Of a stretch of DNA of 64,000 nucleotides, positions 34,801 through 49,658 are shown in pieces. Under the pieces are notes generated by a model. That model ran no database searches. It saw only the letters and a program-made list of their open reading frames with translations, and was not told where the DNA came from. The translations under genes and the position numbers were made by a program. Source of the stretch: Geosiphon pyriformis uo1 (lineage: Eukaryota; Fungi; Glomeromycota); the NCBI GenBank assembly GCA_016748015.1, contig JAAOMT010000299.1, positions 1,101,924-1,165,923 of the forward strand, given 5' to 3'. Positions within the stretch are counted from its first letter, which is position 1, and each line of letters begins with the position of its first letter.

Positions 34801-36539
34801 GTTTATTCCATTTAAAAAAAGATAATAAAGTATGATGCCAATAAAAAAGTTATTTTTCAAGTATATAAAATGTAAAATTATTCAAAAATAATAAAACAGT
34901 TTTTATAACCAATAAAAAAACGCATAGCGGCATTTATGCATTATGTTTTAAATAATAATTACAAGTAAAGTATTTTATTGGATTTTTTTATACATTTCAG
35001 ATTTTTATTTTGTGAATAAAAAAATGTAATTTCAAAGTTTTTGTAATATTATGAGACAAAAACTGTAATTCTGTTTTTTTAAAACTAAATATTTTCAAAA
35101 TTTTAAAAATTTGTATTATTTGCTTGGTCAAGCTGTAAAATTAATAAATATTTAAAAAATTTGAAATGAATAATTTTTTACGACTATTTAGATAAATGTA
35201 ATAAAAAATTAATTATTGATTTATTTTAAATCAGAAATTAATATAATAAATAATAATAAGGAACTTTATTTTTAGAATTAGCAAACTCAAATAAAAAAAT
35301 ATTAATTTTATGATCACTTTGGATTAATAAAAATAGCTATATATTCAATGAAGTAACTTATATTTTGCACATTTTAATTATTATAATATATATTATATTT
35401 CAACTAAACAACTTTATTAGTAAAAAATACTTTAAAAAAATTTAATTAATTTTGCACAACTTTAAATCATTGATTAATAAAAAGTAAACATAGCTTATAT
35501 ATTTTCTATATATAACTAGCAATTTAAACTTAAGTAAATAAGTAATCGTCTCTTTTTTTAAACCAAAAGCAATATTTCTATTCTACCAAAGTAATTTACA
35601 AATACTTCTTTATTATAAGTATATTTATGCATCTATTTTTCTGTTGCTTTTTTGTAGAATTTTACTATATTTTCTTGCAAACTTTATATTTAATACTATT
35701 ACAGTTTGATTTTTTAACTTGATTAATTATTCTTGTAGAAAATATATAAGCAAAATTTTTCAAAGTTGTAAAAAGGCATTTTTACTTAATCAATTAAAAA
35801 TCTATTTTTTTTTATTTTTTGATTACTATATATAATATTGAAAAACAACAGTTTTAACATAATATACCAAATCAGTAAACTAATTTACAAAAACTTTAAA
35901 TATAATAAAAGGCTTAAAAAAAGCTTAAGTGAACAAGAAAAAACAGTTTTACAATTAAAAGCCAGATAATTCAAACTTTATTTTTTATAACAATAATAAT
36001 ATGTAAAAGTTTTTTCTCAAATATAATATTTTTATAAAATTTTAGTCTTAACTATAGTATTATTAAAGACTTTTTTAAACTTAAAAGTAACAATAATAAA
36101 TCTTTAATAATAACTAATATTAAAAGTCTAAGAAATAAAACAAGTCTAATTATATTTTCAAAAAACCAAATTACTGATTTCGAAAATGGTATGCCAAAAA
36201 AAAGATTAATTAATTTGAAAAAAAGAATTCAAATACTAGCAGTAGTTAATAAACAAGAACTTAAAATAAATAACAGCACATTGCTACAACCAATAAGTTT
36301 CAAAAATTTTACCAAAAAGTTATAACAACGAAAGCAAAACCAGAAAAACCAGTTTCAAATTAATAAAACCATGTAAAAATTAAAATATATGTTATTTTGA
36401 TTTTTACAATAACGTTAGGTGCCAAAGTAAAAACTATTGTTACCAGAAATTTTTATATTTTTGGTAACATTTATTTTGTTGAAAATAACTTTAAATCTAT
36501 TGTTTATATATTGCTTTACTTAAAAAACTTTTAATAATT

Positions 36540-37250
36540 AATAATTGTTTTTAAACACTATTAAAACCAATAGTGCTTTCAGAAAAAAGAAAGCTTTAGT
36601 TTTTATTTTATTAATTTAATCTTTGTAATAAAATAATACAACAGTGTCATTACAAAAGATTATGTACTAAAACATAATTTGCTTTGCTTCTAAAACTGAT
36701 AATAATCGATTAAAATTTATTATATTAAGTAATATAAGCAAATACCAAATCAAATTAGCTTTAGCAAAATATGCTGTTGTTATTAGTATTGATTAATATA
36801 GAAAAACTTAATACCATATTTTCAAAAAAAACAGGCTTTAATATAATAAAAATACTTTAAAAAACATCAAGAGAAACTATTATCTTAGGTATTTTAAAAA
36901 AACAGTTTCTTTTACTGTTTTGGTTTTCTAATTATTTGAGTAGTAGTACTAATTTTTGGTTGAATTTTTAATAGTTTAATAGTAATATTTAAACTATTTT
37001 TAATAAACTGTTTTAAAAGAACTTTGAAAAAAAAACTTCTAACCAAAAAAAAAAGTGTTTTTTAGCAGTTAAAAAAAAATGTTTTAACAGAATTGTTTTT
37101 ATACTTAAAAAGATTTTTTGAATATTGTTGTTAAAATTCCAAAAAAATAAGAATTGCTTTTTTACTTTTTGCTTTAAATTTAATTATAAAAATATATAAG
37201 AAAAGATATAAATTTGTGTTTAAAATAACAAGATTTGTTAATTTTTTTTT
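36540..37250 (-). mobile_element. Heavily AT-eroded retroelement ORF1-like remnant, same family as 41760-42420
   Basis: Shared collinear segments, e.g. TTTGCTTCTAAAA...TAAT...ATTATATT...GTAA at ~36682 versus ~41780. Confidence 0.4.
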
Positions 37251-37259
37251 ATTTAACAA

Positions 37260-37830
37260 GTGAGGCCTAAATGCCACCTAGCACAATGCATCAAACTAAG
37301 TAATCTAAACTAGGCACAAATCATGTATTTTTTACACGTGACCAGCTACTCAGACCAATCAGAGCAATACTATAAATCTATCTTAACAGAAACCACACAA
37401 TCAGTACCAGAAAAAAACCTGCAAAGCTTACAAGAACCAAAACTGATGCTGTATGCCTCCACAATCCCAAGCAACTTAAAAACACCATCAGAAAGCAAAG
37501 ACACAGGACCACGAATCTCAGGAGACACAGACCCATCATGTGCAATTAAACCTTTCTTCTTTATCAATGCTCTATACTTAGCCTTCACCAACTATACATC
37601 AACCCAATGAGCCATTCCCAAATCTTGTACCAACTCGACAACCTTCTTGCTGGCAGTCTTGGCACAGCCAAAAACAGAGACAGCCTCCAAATACCATTCT
37701 CTGAATACAAAACTTTTGCATAATGCATTATACATAGTATTGTTAAAAGCACACAAGGAAAGCAATTGTGAAATACAGGACGATGACAAATTTAAGCCTG
37801 ACACAGAACCCTACTGGGCCATGTTATTTA
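37260..37830 (-). mobile_element. 3' fragment of a non-LTR retrotransposon ORF2
   Basis: GC-richer, CpG-poor, strand-biased block. ALCKSFVFREWYLEAVSVFG...VVELV / MVKAKYRALIKKKGLI has the same compositional signature as the element at 58.4-64 kb; the family assignment is by recollection. Confidence 0.55.
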
Positions 37831-38417
37831 TTATGTTAAAATTTTTAAATCAGATAAAAATTTATATTTTTAAAAAACATAATTTTTAAATTGCAAAAAA
37901 TATTGTTTTTATAATTAAATATGTGTTTTTTATATTTTGATAGATTAAAGTACCACATTAATAAATAGTAAGAAAAAACCAATATTGCATAACAAAAATT
38001 ATCAAAAAAACTCAATGTGCAAGATTAGTTTCACAAATATTTTATTTGCTATTTTTTTCAAAAAATAACAAAAAAATCTGAAAGTAGCGATATTATTAAC
38101 AAAAATAACACAATTGCTTTAAATATATGTTTTATATTGACACTTTTATAATTTAATAACAGATGTTATTTATACTTTTTAGTAAATATTTATTTAATAC
38201 AATTCATAAAAGCTAAAAAAAAATAGTAATTAAAAGTATAAGAAAATTAAAATTATTGTATTAATTTGTAATTAATTAGCTGATTTAAGTAAATATACTT
38301 TTCTACAACTTTGAAAAGTCTTGTTTATATATTCATAATAAAATTAATAATTAAGTTAGTAATTACATTAATAATTTAGTTCATTTTTTGCTGCAAATGT
38401 CTTTGTGGATAATTTTA

Positions 38418-39699
38418 CAGTCCTCCCGAAAAGTAATGGTGGGGTATTTTTTTTAAACATAATAATTTCTGTTTAAATTTTAAGATTTAATAGATATATA
38501 AGTAAAGAATATATATGCAAAAAATAAATATTTAGTATGTCCTCTTTTTACACTAATACAATCTTGAATTCGATTTTGCATATTAGTAATACAGTTAAGA
38601 ATGGCCTCATTAGATTGATTATTCCATTCTTCTACTATTGTAATAAAAATCGCTTAAGAGATATTTTTTTGTGTGCTATTATTGTCTTGACTTTTTTTTC
38701 AACATTTCGTTTAAGAATAGCCCAAATATTCTCAATTGGATTGAGATCTGAACTATATGATGGCCAAGACAAAATGCAATTTGGCAGTTGCATCTCAAGA
38801 TCTGCGCGAACATCTTTTGAAGTATGCTTTGGATTGTTATTATGCTAGAAAATCCAACGTTGTCGTCCATATATGCTAGTTGCATTGTAATATAAATTCT
38901 CATTAAGAATTTTACGATAAAGATGTCGGTCCATATTTTCGGTAAAGATGCACATTCCAACTTTTCTATATCCACAAATTGCTCCCCACATATGAAGTTT
39001 AAATATATGTTTTACCATTGGTGCAATAGGTTTACCTGAATGAGACCAAGCCAAGCAAGTATTTCGAAACATTTGTAAAGTTGTTTCATCTGAAAATACT
39101 ACTTTGTGCCAATTATAATTAGAATGTTCTTGAACGTACTAATCGGTTTTGTTTGGCTTGTTCAGTAAGTAGAGATATACATCTTGATAAAACATCTGTA
39201 TAACCAAGCTTAGAAAGTTCATCGCGAATAATCTGTTCACTTATTTTAATCTCAGAATATGTTTTTGCAAGTTGTGCCATGATTTCAATTGCTGTAGTAA
39301 AGTGATTTCGGTTTACAATTATTCCAATCTGGTGACTCATTTTTAGTAAAGTTTTTTGTGGATGACCTGAACAATAAATTGCTCGAATTTGACCATTTTA
39401 CGAAGTTGTCTTATATATTATTCACAAGAGTGAAGAAGAACATTGGTTTTTCGAGATATTTTGGTTGGACTTCAATAACCTTGTTGCCAAAATCTCTTAA
39501 CGGCTTCACAATTGAATTTTACAGGTTTATTTTTCATTACAAGAAATAAAACACATTATTGATCAAAACAATTTTGTTTTAAAAAATAAAAATAGTAGCA
39601 TGGAATGTATACACGTACAAATTATTACTTTACAATAGCTGATCAGACCAAGAATTACGCGCCGCAAGAGTTATCCCACCATTACTTTTTGGGGTACTG
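38418..39699 (-). mobile_element. Tc1/mariner (DD34E-type) DNA transposon, full-length but degenerate
   Basis: TIRs CAGTCCTCCCGAAAAGTAATGGTGGGGTA and (rc) CAGTACCCCAAAAAGTAATGGTGGGATA, with TA on both sides (38416-17, 39700-01). Motifs WHKVVFSDETT, WGAI, F*HNNNPKHTS, WPSYSSDLNPIENIW. Confidence 0.92.
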
Positions 39700-41759
39700 T
39701 ATTTGAATAAGCAATTCTTAGACTGCTTTACAATAGATATTGGATATAATCAGTAAGTTTATAATTAAGTTTATAATTAAATTAATTAAAAATCATATTA
39801 ATAAGTAATTTTAAAAATAGAATTAATATAAATAATATTAATAATTAGTACATATAAATTAAATAAGATTAAATAATTAAATAACTAAAAAATTTAACTA
39901 TAATAATATAAATTATTTTTAAAAACTGTTTATTAAATTATATATGAATATTATAAAGTTTATACAATATAAAAAATATTGTATAAATTTTATTTTTTTT
40001 ATATATTTTAATAAGTAAGCTCTATATACAACTTAATACAATTTATTAAACTATGTGATCTAAACTAGATATGAATTACACACTTTCTACATGTGACCAG
40101 CCACTCAAACCAATCAAGACAACACTATATTAAATTTATGAAAAGAAATCTATTCTAAAGAAACATCTTACTTATAATAACAACAGTATACTATTTTTGA
40201 TAAAACCATTCAACTAAATAGCAGTTGTATTTACATTAAATTTGACAGAGTTGAGTTAATGTTTTTAAAAAGTAATTAACTAAGTATAAAGTTTATTATT
40301 AAGTGAATTGATTTTATATTCATTCACAAAATTAGTATTAAAACCAATGTTACCAGAGGTTTTTGGTCTCTTTTCTTGAATGTTGTTAGTTCTTATTTGC
40401 TGCCAACTCACGTTTTCTGGAAGCTAGAGAACCTCTGATAACTGAATTTATCTTCAAATTATCTTCTATAATTTGAACCACTGGGCTTATAAGTAGAATG
40501 GCCAATTCTGTGCCAGTTACTTTATGCAGTTACATTGTAGTAAACATCAACTCTTTCCCTAAAATTGCTCATCTAGAAGCTCACTAAAAATGTGTAATTA
40601 CTTTGCTGTGAAAGTCAACTCTTCTACAGAAATCTCGTCTGTAGACTACTCTAATGATTATAATAAGAAAAGAAAAGAAAAGAAAAGAAAAAAAGAAAAA
40701 AATTGCAAAGAAAATGAAATGTTGTCAAGGGAATCGTTTTCTATCCAGGCCTGGGGTTACTAACAGATTACTGAAATTGGTAGCTAATCAATTTCAAAAT
40801 GTTAGTTGTGTTGAGGGAATTTCAAGTGTAATAATTAAGGATTTGGATTTTTGAATGTTTTAATTTTTATTTGATTTGTAAAAATGATTCTAAGAAAAGT
40901 AAATCTAAAGTAAGATATCTATGGTAAGATATATTTTCTTGAAAAAAGAAGCTCTTCTTTTATACAACTTGTTGTAGTACTAGTCTTTGAACTTGCACTT
41001 TTCTTTTTGCTATCATTTTGATGAACTAAAGATACATTTCGATGAACTACAAGTTATTTCTGTAAACTATTGATTATTTCGGAGAATTATCCATTATTTC
41101 GGCGAATTCTTGAATGTTAAATGGTTCGGGGTATTGTGTTATTTGATCATCTTAATTTTTATAATACAAATCAGGTTATTAATTGAATGATGATATTTGA
41201 TAATTTGATTAAATAATAAGTAATAATTGAAATGATAATAATTTATGCTGATTAATGATAGGAATTATAAGGGTAATTTCATGTTAATTACTAGCTAAAA
41301 TTCTACTGATAACACCATATTTAGTTTTGATCAATACTATATTCATAAAAAGCTAACTTACAGCTTTACTAAGAACAAACATTTTATTTTAAATAGCACA
41401 AACTAAATTTTTAAGTTCTATATATAGCAAAAAAAGTGTTCAAAAAAGTGTTCAAAGAACTAATAAACTTTATAACAGTCTTAATCAAGACAATTAAACT
41501 CAAGATTTAAGAATTCAGAGAATTTAATTTAAACATAATAACAGAATTAACAACAAAAACAATCAAAAAAATAGCATAAAAGACCAAAGAAACAAAAACC
41601 ATAGATTAAGTTTTATTACTAATAAAAAATAACACAAAAGATTTAAAGCCAATAACAGACTAAAGAAACAATTTAGAAAAAAAAAATAAGAATACCTTAT
41701 AATTAACAAACAAATAATTTAAATTTTAACATCTATTTGTTTAACCCAATCTTTGAAAT

Positions 41760-42420
41760 TAATTAACTTAATAAATTGTTTTGCTTCTAAAATCAGTAAT
41801 GATTTGCTAAAAAACATTATATTTGGTAACATAGTCAATGATTAATCTTGGTTTATCTTGAAAAAAATATTATTGTTGTTAATGTTTATATTAAAAAGAG
41901 AACTGGTTGCTGTTAAAAAGATTTTTTTTAAGATCTTATTTAAAACTACAAAAAAATTCAATGTAACAGTAATAAATACAAGTAACTGCTGCTGTTTTTT
42001 GAAGTCTTTGGTCTTTTTGGCTATTTGCAAAATAGTAATAATATTAATAGTAATAAAAACAAAAAAGACCAGCTTTTTAACTAATCTGTTGTTAAAAACT
42101 TTGGGGCTTTTAAAAGAAATAGAAACCAGATTGAAATTAACTTGAATGTGTTTCTTGAAAAAAACTTTGACTAAAAAAAAACCACCAGTCAAAGATAAAA
42201 AAAATGCTTTAGAAGCTGTTAAAGACAGCTTTTTACTATCAATATTTAAGAAAGATATGATCAAGATCTTTTGTTTAGCTGTTTTAATAATAAAAAGATT
42301 CTTTTTTGTTAAAACCTTATTAGTTACTACAAGAAAAGTAATGTTTGAAACTTTTTTACTTTTTGTTCTGGTCATGATCATAAAATTAGAAGAGAAATAA
42401 ATAACTTTCACAAATAAAAA
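41760..42420 (-). mobile_element. AT-eroded retroelement ORF1-like N-terminal remnant
   Basis: ORF 41842-42411 (MTRTKSKKVSNITFLVVTNKV...) is biased to AT-rich codons (K/I/F/N) and has a paralogue at 36.5-37.2 kb. Family identity is recollection only. Confidence 0.45.
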
Positions 42421-42660
42421 ATTTTAAATGTAATATTTCAAAAAAGCTTTATTATTATTTTGTATATTTTATGAATAATTATTATGTTTTTTACATATAA
42501 CTAATCATCTAAATTAATCAAAATTACATTAACCAGTTATACAATATAAAAAATCATAATTAAAGCCACCAAAGCTTTGTAACTTTGAAAATTCTATATT
42601 AGATACTATGTGCACAAATTTTTTAAACTTTTAGAACTTAATTAAATTACAATACAGCTA

Positions 42661-44135
42661 CAGTCTAATAAGAAAAAAATTGGAAATATAAAAATAATTA
42701 CTATGTCTTAACTAATGTACCAAATTACATAAAACAACTATTATTAGAAAATCAAATACCATATAATTTTATTAAAAAATAAGAAATTCTTTCACCATTT
42801 ATCTCAATTATCATTTTACAAAGCCGCCTCATTAATTCTACTAACCCAATTAAGGTAGATTTAGGAATATCTTGTCACTCTTTCCCCATAAATCTCTCTA
42901 ATTCACTACGATTTTGAGGCATTCTTTTTTCTATATTCTTTTTAACAATAACTCAAAGGTTTTCTAGTAGGTTTAAGTCGGAATTATTAGATAGTTATCC
43001 CAACAATTCAGTTGTATTCTCAGCAATAAATTCTTTGGCAAGTTTGCTAGTATGCTTGGGGTCATTTTCTTGTTGGAATCGCCAATTATTCTCCAGCATT
43101 GCTCTAATTTCAGGTAAGTGGTTATGAAGAATATCTATATAAAATTGAGAATTCATTTTTTGAACAAAACAGAATAAACTAGTCTTTTCTTTTTTGTAAA
43201 AACCCCTCCACGCGAGAATTTTTGTTTGATCTTTAGGCATAGGACAAATTGGTCAAGTATCTTTATGCCAATATTTTACCGTTTTTTGAAAAAGTTGAAA
43301 AGATGTTTCGTTAGTAAAAACTGTTCTTTTCCAATCATTATTCAGGTGTTTTTTGGCCTATTCTATACGTTTTCGCTTATTCTCTTTGGTCAGCATTGGA
43401 GTTGCTCTAGGAAAACTTTTTTATAATTAAGATTGAATAAATGGTTTTGAATAGTAACATGAGAAACATTTATTCTCTTCTTAGCCAACTTTATTGCTAA
43501 ATATCTAGACAAAACTGAGGAATCTCTACAAATAATCTGCTTTAATACTTTTAAAGCATTTTCCATAATCTTTCTTGGCCAAACATTACCACTCGCATGC
43601 TTTATTGTTCCTTTTTTTTGAGTTTTTCGAGGATATTATAGATTGTAGAAAGGGGTATATTTGTTTTATTCTGTATTTCTTTCGTCTTTCGTATTCCTTG
43701 CTTCCAAAAATGTAATATGACTTGCCGTTGCATTTCTTGCTTTGAAGTCGGCATTTCAAAGACAAGTTTTAAAAAAAACTATTAGTTAATATGCGAGAAA
43801 ATGTTTTTAGAGCTCAGCCACTTACCTAATATTCTGTTTCCATTTTTACCATCACAAAACTTACTAAAAATGGTTAAACCAAACACAATCTTAGTAGATT
43901 CATATTTTTCCAATTTTTTTCTTATCAGACTGTACCTTAATTGGGTTAGTAGGATTAAAGAGGCGGCATTGTGAAATGATAATTGAGACAAATGGTAAAA
44001 GAATTTCTTACTAATTTTTTTTAATAAAATTATATGATATTTGATTTTCTAATAATAGTTGTTATATGTAATTTGGTACATTAGCTAAGACATAGTAATT
44101 ATTTTTATATTTCCAATTTTTTTCTTACCAGACTG
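42661..44135 (-). mobile_element. Tc1/mariner element (42661-43932) fused to an inverted ~200-bp copy of its own 3' end (43933-44135)
   Basis: TIR CAGTCTRRTAAGAAAAAAATTGGAAA occurs three times (42661 forward; ending 43932 and 44135 reverse), with TA at 42659-60, 43933-34 and 44136-37. Transposase from ATG 43754: MPTSKQEMQRQVILHFWKQG..NIPLSTIYNIL, WRFQQENDPKHTSK, SDLNLLENL. Confidence 0.92.
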
Positions 44136-47100
44136 TACATATTTTTTAAAATTATATAATATCATATATTATGATAATTAAACAAACAAATTAAAAAAGA
44201 ATTAATAAACAGTAATAATTTATTTTTTCAGTCAGAGCTGTCAAAATATTAGTTTTTTATTATTAGAATCATTTAAATAATTCTTAATTTTAGTTCAAAT
44301 TACTTTAAAAAAAAATTTCTTATTAATAATCTAATATAATTTTTTTCTACCAATAAAGTTTATGGCAATCCAAAATCGTTTACATTAATTCTAATTTGTA
44401 TATCTCAATTATAGACTTGCTATTAGTAAAAATTTTATATAAAATTTAAACACAAATTTTTAATTATTTTATTTGTGCAAATGTTTATAGTAATATAAGC
44501 TTGCTTAACAGATTAATTTAAAGTAATTTTTTAATTTATAAAGCCAAACTTTATGTTTAAGCATAAATTTAACTATACTAAGTTTACTTTTAGTTTGTAT
44601 TTGTTTAAATATTTTCAAATTGTACACATAAAAATAATAAACAGCTTTATTAAAAACTTTTTAATAAATTTGCTTTAAATTTAAACTTTTTTTTTAATAA
44701 TACTTCTATTTTTTTAGTTTTGAGAAGTTTTGCGTATATACTTTCAAAAAGAAATCAATAATTAGGTTAATGATTACATTAACAACTTATTTTAAAAATA
44801 GAATGACTAATATAAATAACATTAGTGATTAATATATATAATAGAATATAATTAAATAATTGATATAATTAAAAGCTAAAAAATTCAACTGTAACAATAT
44901 TAAAATTATGAATCTTTATTTAAGAAATTATTAGCATAATTAAATAAAAACAACTGAATTTAATTAATATTAAGAAAATGAAAATTTAGCAATAAAGATC
45001 AATAAACATGTTTAATTAAAAACTTGAATTGAATGCAAAGGATTATTTACAACTAAGAAACATTAAATAAAATAAATATTAGACTTATTTAATTTAATAA
45101 CAATCAGCTTTGTTATATTTAAAATTTCAATATAATTATATTAGTACAATACAATATTTTATATTTAAATTAAGACTTAAAAATAATTTACTAAAGACTT
45201 GGCAAAATAAAAAATAGGTTTAAAAATTTAATAAAACAAATATTAACAAGATAAAAGTCAAGTCTAAAAATTTAACACAACAAAATATTTATTTAAAATA
45301 TATTTTAAAAAAAATATATAATATTTTTTTGTTTATTATTTGTATATATATATATATAAAAATTTAAAACTTTTTATTTTAAAAAGCTTGATAATTATAA
45401 AAATAGGTTTTATTTACAGTATTAACTTAATATTTAACTTTTTTATTGGTTAAATTGTTAAATTAATTTTTAATTTATTTTTTGTTTTATATTAATTATA
45501 TAAACAAAATTTTTTTATCTGTAAAAAAATTTTAAAAAATAATTAAATTACAACTTGATTAATTAGCACTTTAAAGTTAATTAATATTTAATTATAAATT
45601 TTTGGGAATTTGTATTTGTCAAAATTAGCTTGAAAATAAGAAACTTGTTTTTTTAATCCTAAAGAAATAATTCCTGAAAATGATTAAAACTGGTTATTGA
45701 ATTTTAAAAATACTATTTAAAATATAAAATAATATAAGTGTATTATTTTTTTATTAACAATTTTAAAAAACTTAGCAGCCGTAATTTTGAGACTAATTGC
45801 ACAAATTGGATTGCTTATACTTGAATTTACTTTTTCTTGATAAATTTTAATTAATTTTATGTTGTTTTTAATGATTTTTTATTTTATTATCCCAATTTGT
45901 AACAATATTTTACCTAAATAAATACTTTTATTAATCATTAATTTCTTTTTAATATTTTATATGTTGCTTTTTTCTAAACTTTACTTATTTATTAAGTTTT
46001 TATTTAATTATTTTATATAAATATTATTATTATAAAATTCTTTCTTATTTTTTTCATTAATAAACTTATTATTTTGTTAATTTTCATTTAATATTCTGTA
46101 CTAATCAAAACTGAATAGCTTTGTCTAATTTATTTTTTGGTATCAAAATTTTACAGGACTAAAATAAATACTTAACTAATTTAAGATTAAAAGTTTTTTA
46201 TATAATTTTTTTTATTTATTAAATGAAAAATATGCTGTTTCTTAATTATCTTAAAAAAGATAAGGTCATAAATTTTTTTGATATTCATTAAGTATTGTAT
46301 ATAAATTTTAAAATGATAATAAAAAATTTAAATGCATAAAAATAATAATATTTCACTTTCAAATATTATGAATAAAAATGTCAATTTTCAAAAATAATTC
46401 ACTAATTAAAGATTAACCAAAATAATTAAATAAGTGCTATAAAAACAAAACTCAAAAAGAACATGAAGTAAGAAATGAATATTTTGGCATATAGAGATAT
46501 TATGGCGAGTAGAGTATTGTGATAAAATTGGCAAAATAAATTTTGCATGCAAAAATTAAAGATATGAAAGTATGACTTTTTTTTTATTGAACATGTGGTA
46601 TTTTTTATCATAATTCACAAATTACTTAATTTCCACAATATTTTTATTTGCCAAAATACTTTTTTTTATCCAAATATTTTTAATTTATGTCCCATTTTTT
46701 CGTTGCTTTATTAAGTATAACCCTTTCACAATCAACTAATATAGTACATGTACATATCAAAGCAAATAGGAATCGCATACGTGACTGTATTTTTCAATTT
46801 GTAGTATTTTGAGTCAATTTAACAGTTATGTTTAAAATTACAAAATCTCTAAAATATAAAACTTGTTTTTCAAATTAAATAAATAAATAATTTTTTTATT
46901 GATTCAAATTTAGTAATTGATTTTGATTTTTTAGATAACAAATTAAAACAAATAATATTAATAATGAAAATTAAAACTGTTATATATATATATGTATTTT
47001 TAAAAATGAGTATTCATAATACCTAGTTTTATTATTTCTTGAAGGAAAATTACTTTATATTTTTAAGTCAGAATTTTTTAAATAATCAAATATTGGAAAA

Positions 47101-47449
47101 TTCTCTATTTCATCGTATGTGATAAGGATACAGTAAAATTCTCGTGTTTTTGTTTGCCCAGTAAAATATTTACGTTCATGATTTCCCTAATATCGATCTC
47201 TTCAAAACGGAAAATTATCATTGGGGATAGTTGAAACACTTTTTATTTGTTGTGATGAAATCAAATATTTGATATATGAGCTCGAAACTCCATATTAGGG
47301 AGGCATTTAGTATCTCAATATTAAGAGTTCATCGAAAATTTTTCACTTTGAATAAATAGAACATAAAATTTGAGTTATACTCTGAAAAATGTTTTAAACA
47401 TCATATTTTATGAAAGCTTTCTTCAAAATAATTTTCTATTTTTGAAAAG

Positions 47450-48610
47450 AATGTTATCAAAAATTATGAAAATTTTATAAAGAAAGTTTTTAAATCATTA
47501 ATATTTATTACAATAATCGAGTTCTCCTTTCTTTTTGTTTATTTCCCTAGTAATTTTTATTCCAATCTTCAAATTACTGCAACAATTCATCAATCACAAA
47601 GCTAACATTGGATGATGCCTATAATCCACCTATAAAAATACGCATTCCATCTTTAAATTCTACCTCAAGTTTGAGTAAAGCACATCTATTAAACGAACAG
47701 GGTCTGGCAAACTCCAAAATTCGTCTCCTTCGAAAATACTGGTCACTGATTTAGCCTTAATTGATTTCTTAACAGAAATGCCTCGAGTAGCAAATACTCC
47801 TTATTGTTTTCCACAAAACAATATGTGGGGTGAGTAATAGGTTGTAAATGAAATTTCAATTTTCGAAAGAAGTTGTCCAAATTGCTGGAATTTTTCAATA
47901 TTTTCCTACCAAAATCAAGTGAAGTATTCTTGGATGAAAAAAAAGAACATATTATTGGGCATTTTAGAGGAAGGTATTTTTAGACGTTATTTTAAAATTT
48001 AGATTCAAGGATTTTTATTTCTATTATTCTTAATATTTTTAATCGACTCATAGGCCCAGAGATGACAAGATCTCAATGGGAAAAACGTAAAAACATTTTA
48101 AGCAAAGAGGAATCTAAATATGGAGGAATAGTGGACCCTAAACTTTTTACAGCAGTTGCAGATCCTAAGCTTCAGTATGTGATATTAAAGGTTATGACAT
48201 TAGCTAAAACAGTGTTTGGCTCTAAAATGAAATTAATTTTCACTGGACATGGAATTGGAGGAGGTAAAAAATTATAATATTCAAATTTCAAATATTTTGT
48301 TTATCCAGTTCCTGTAAAATATCTCTCGGCTAATAAAATAATTTTGCTTAAATATTTCAAGCATATGCTTTAAACGCGGCCTTAACCATATTGACACTTG
48401 AAAAGGCTGGTTTATTAACTACTTCTCAATTTAACCGAAAATTTGAGATGCAGGTTATTACGTTCGGTCAACCACGCCTAAGTAATAATAAATTGGCTGA
48501 AATGATTCATAAATAAAAGGACCAACTAAAAATTTACAGAGTGACCAATGGAAACGACTACGTCTCCCAATTTCCAAAAAAAACTAAAGATGATAAACAA
48601 TATTGGCTTG
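47450..48610 (+). pseudogene. Class-3 lipase-like (alpha/beta hydrolase) pseudogene, 3'-truncated
   Basis: Spliced LIFTGHGIGG|AYA (intron 48264-48361), QVITFGQPRL and IYRVTNGNDYVSQFP correspond to Lipase_3 motifs TGHSLGG, TFGxPR and RVxxxxDxVP. In-frame TAA at ~48513; upstream exons are disrupted. Confidence 0.82.
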
Positions 48611-49658
48611 TTTTGTTTTTTAGGCTCTAAATCAGCCAAATATTAGATACATGTAAACATTTATTCCAAATAATTTTGTAAAAGGTTTGTGTTTTCTAAA
48701 TGCACTTGAATGTTAAGTATTTTGATTATTTTATAATAATTAAAGCAATTTTATTAATAACTGTTTTCAGGTTGGAATTAAATGTACTAATCTCAACAAA
48801 GTTGACAAATAGTCAATTTTTCAGTTATTAGATTTTTTAAAGAGATATAAAATTTAAAGATGATATTAGGTTTTTGTTAATTATTATTTTAAATAAAGAA
48901 AAAATCTTTTAGTAAATTGTATTTATTTTAAGCATTAAAACTTTTAAGCTAATAATTAATATGTTTCTTGGAAAAATAAACTTTTTTATACATTGTTAAG
49001 TTTTATCATTTTCAATTTTAGTAATTTTGTTTTTGTAATAATTTTGACAAAATTTTCATTCTTATAAAGTTTGAATATTGTATAATTTCAATATTGCAAT
49101 TCATTATAATTGTGGGTTATTACAAAATTTTTTTGAATTTTATTAATAATTGTAATTTATTATTTATTATAACATAGTTTTTTAATTAATAATCATAAAA
49201 AGTATAAAGTATTTTGATTCAAAAAATAATTTTTATCTCAATTAAAATATTTTGTTTATGATTTTAATAAATTGTTATATAGTAATCTAAAAATTAATGA
49301 CTAATTATTTGAATATAATGTTTTTTAATTTATGTTTTATAAATTAATTAAATATATAAAATTGTTCTATTTTTTTTAAAAGCAATTGTTTCGATTTTTA
49401 TTAATAAGTCAAAAAAAATGTCAAGTTTTTACTATAAAATAGTTTGCATTTTTTTATTTTTGTGAAAAATACTGTTTTAACGTCGGTTTTATTGGTAATT
49501 TAAGAATATTTTCTAAAATATTAAAGAAGCTACTTTAGCACAATTGATTAATCTATTTACATATTTTTTCAATGAAATAAATTAATGTTTTTTACAACAT
49601 GTCTTTTGACTATTATTATTCACTTACTCCCTACTCTTTACATATTTACTTATATATA

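Noticed and set aside
40340-41150. Possible LTR-retrotransposon gag remnant
   Set aside because: No LTRs or diagnostic motifs are visible; resemblance is compositional only.
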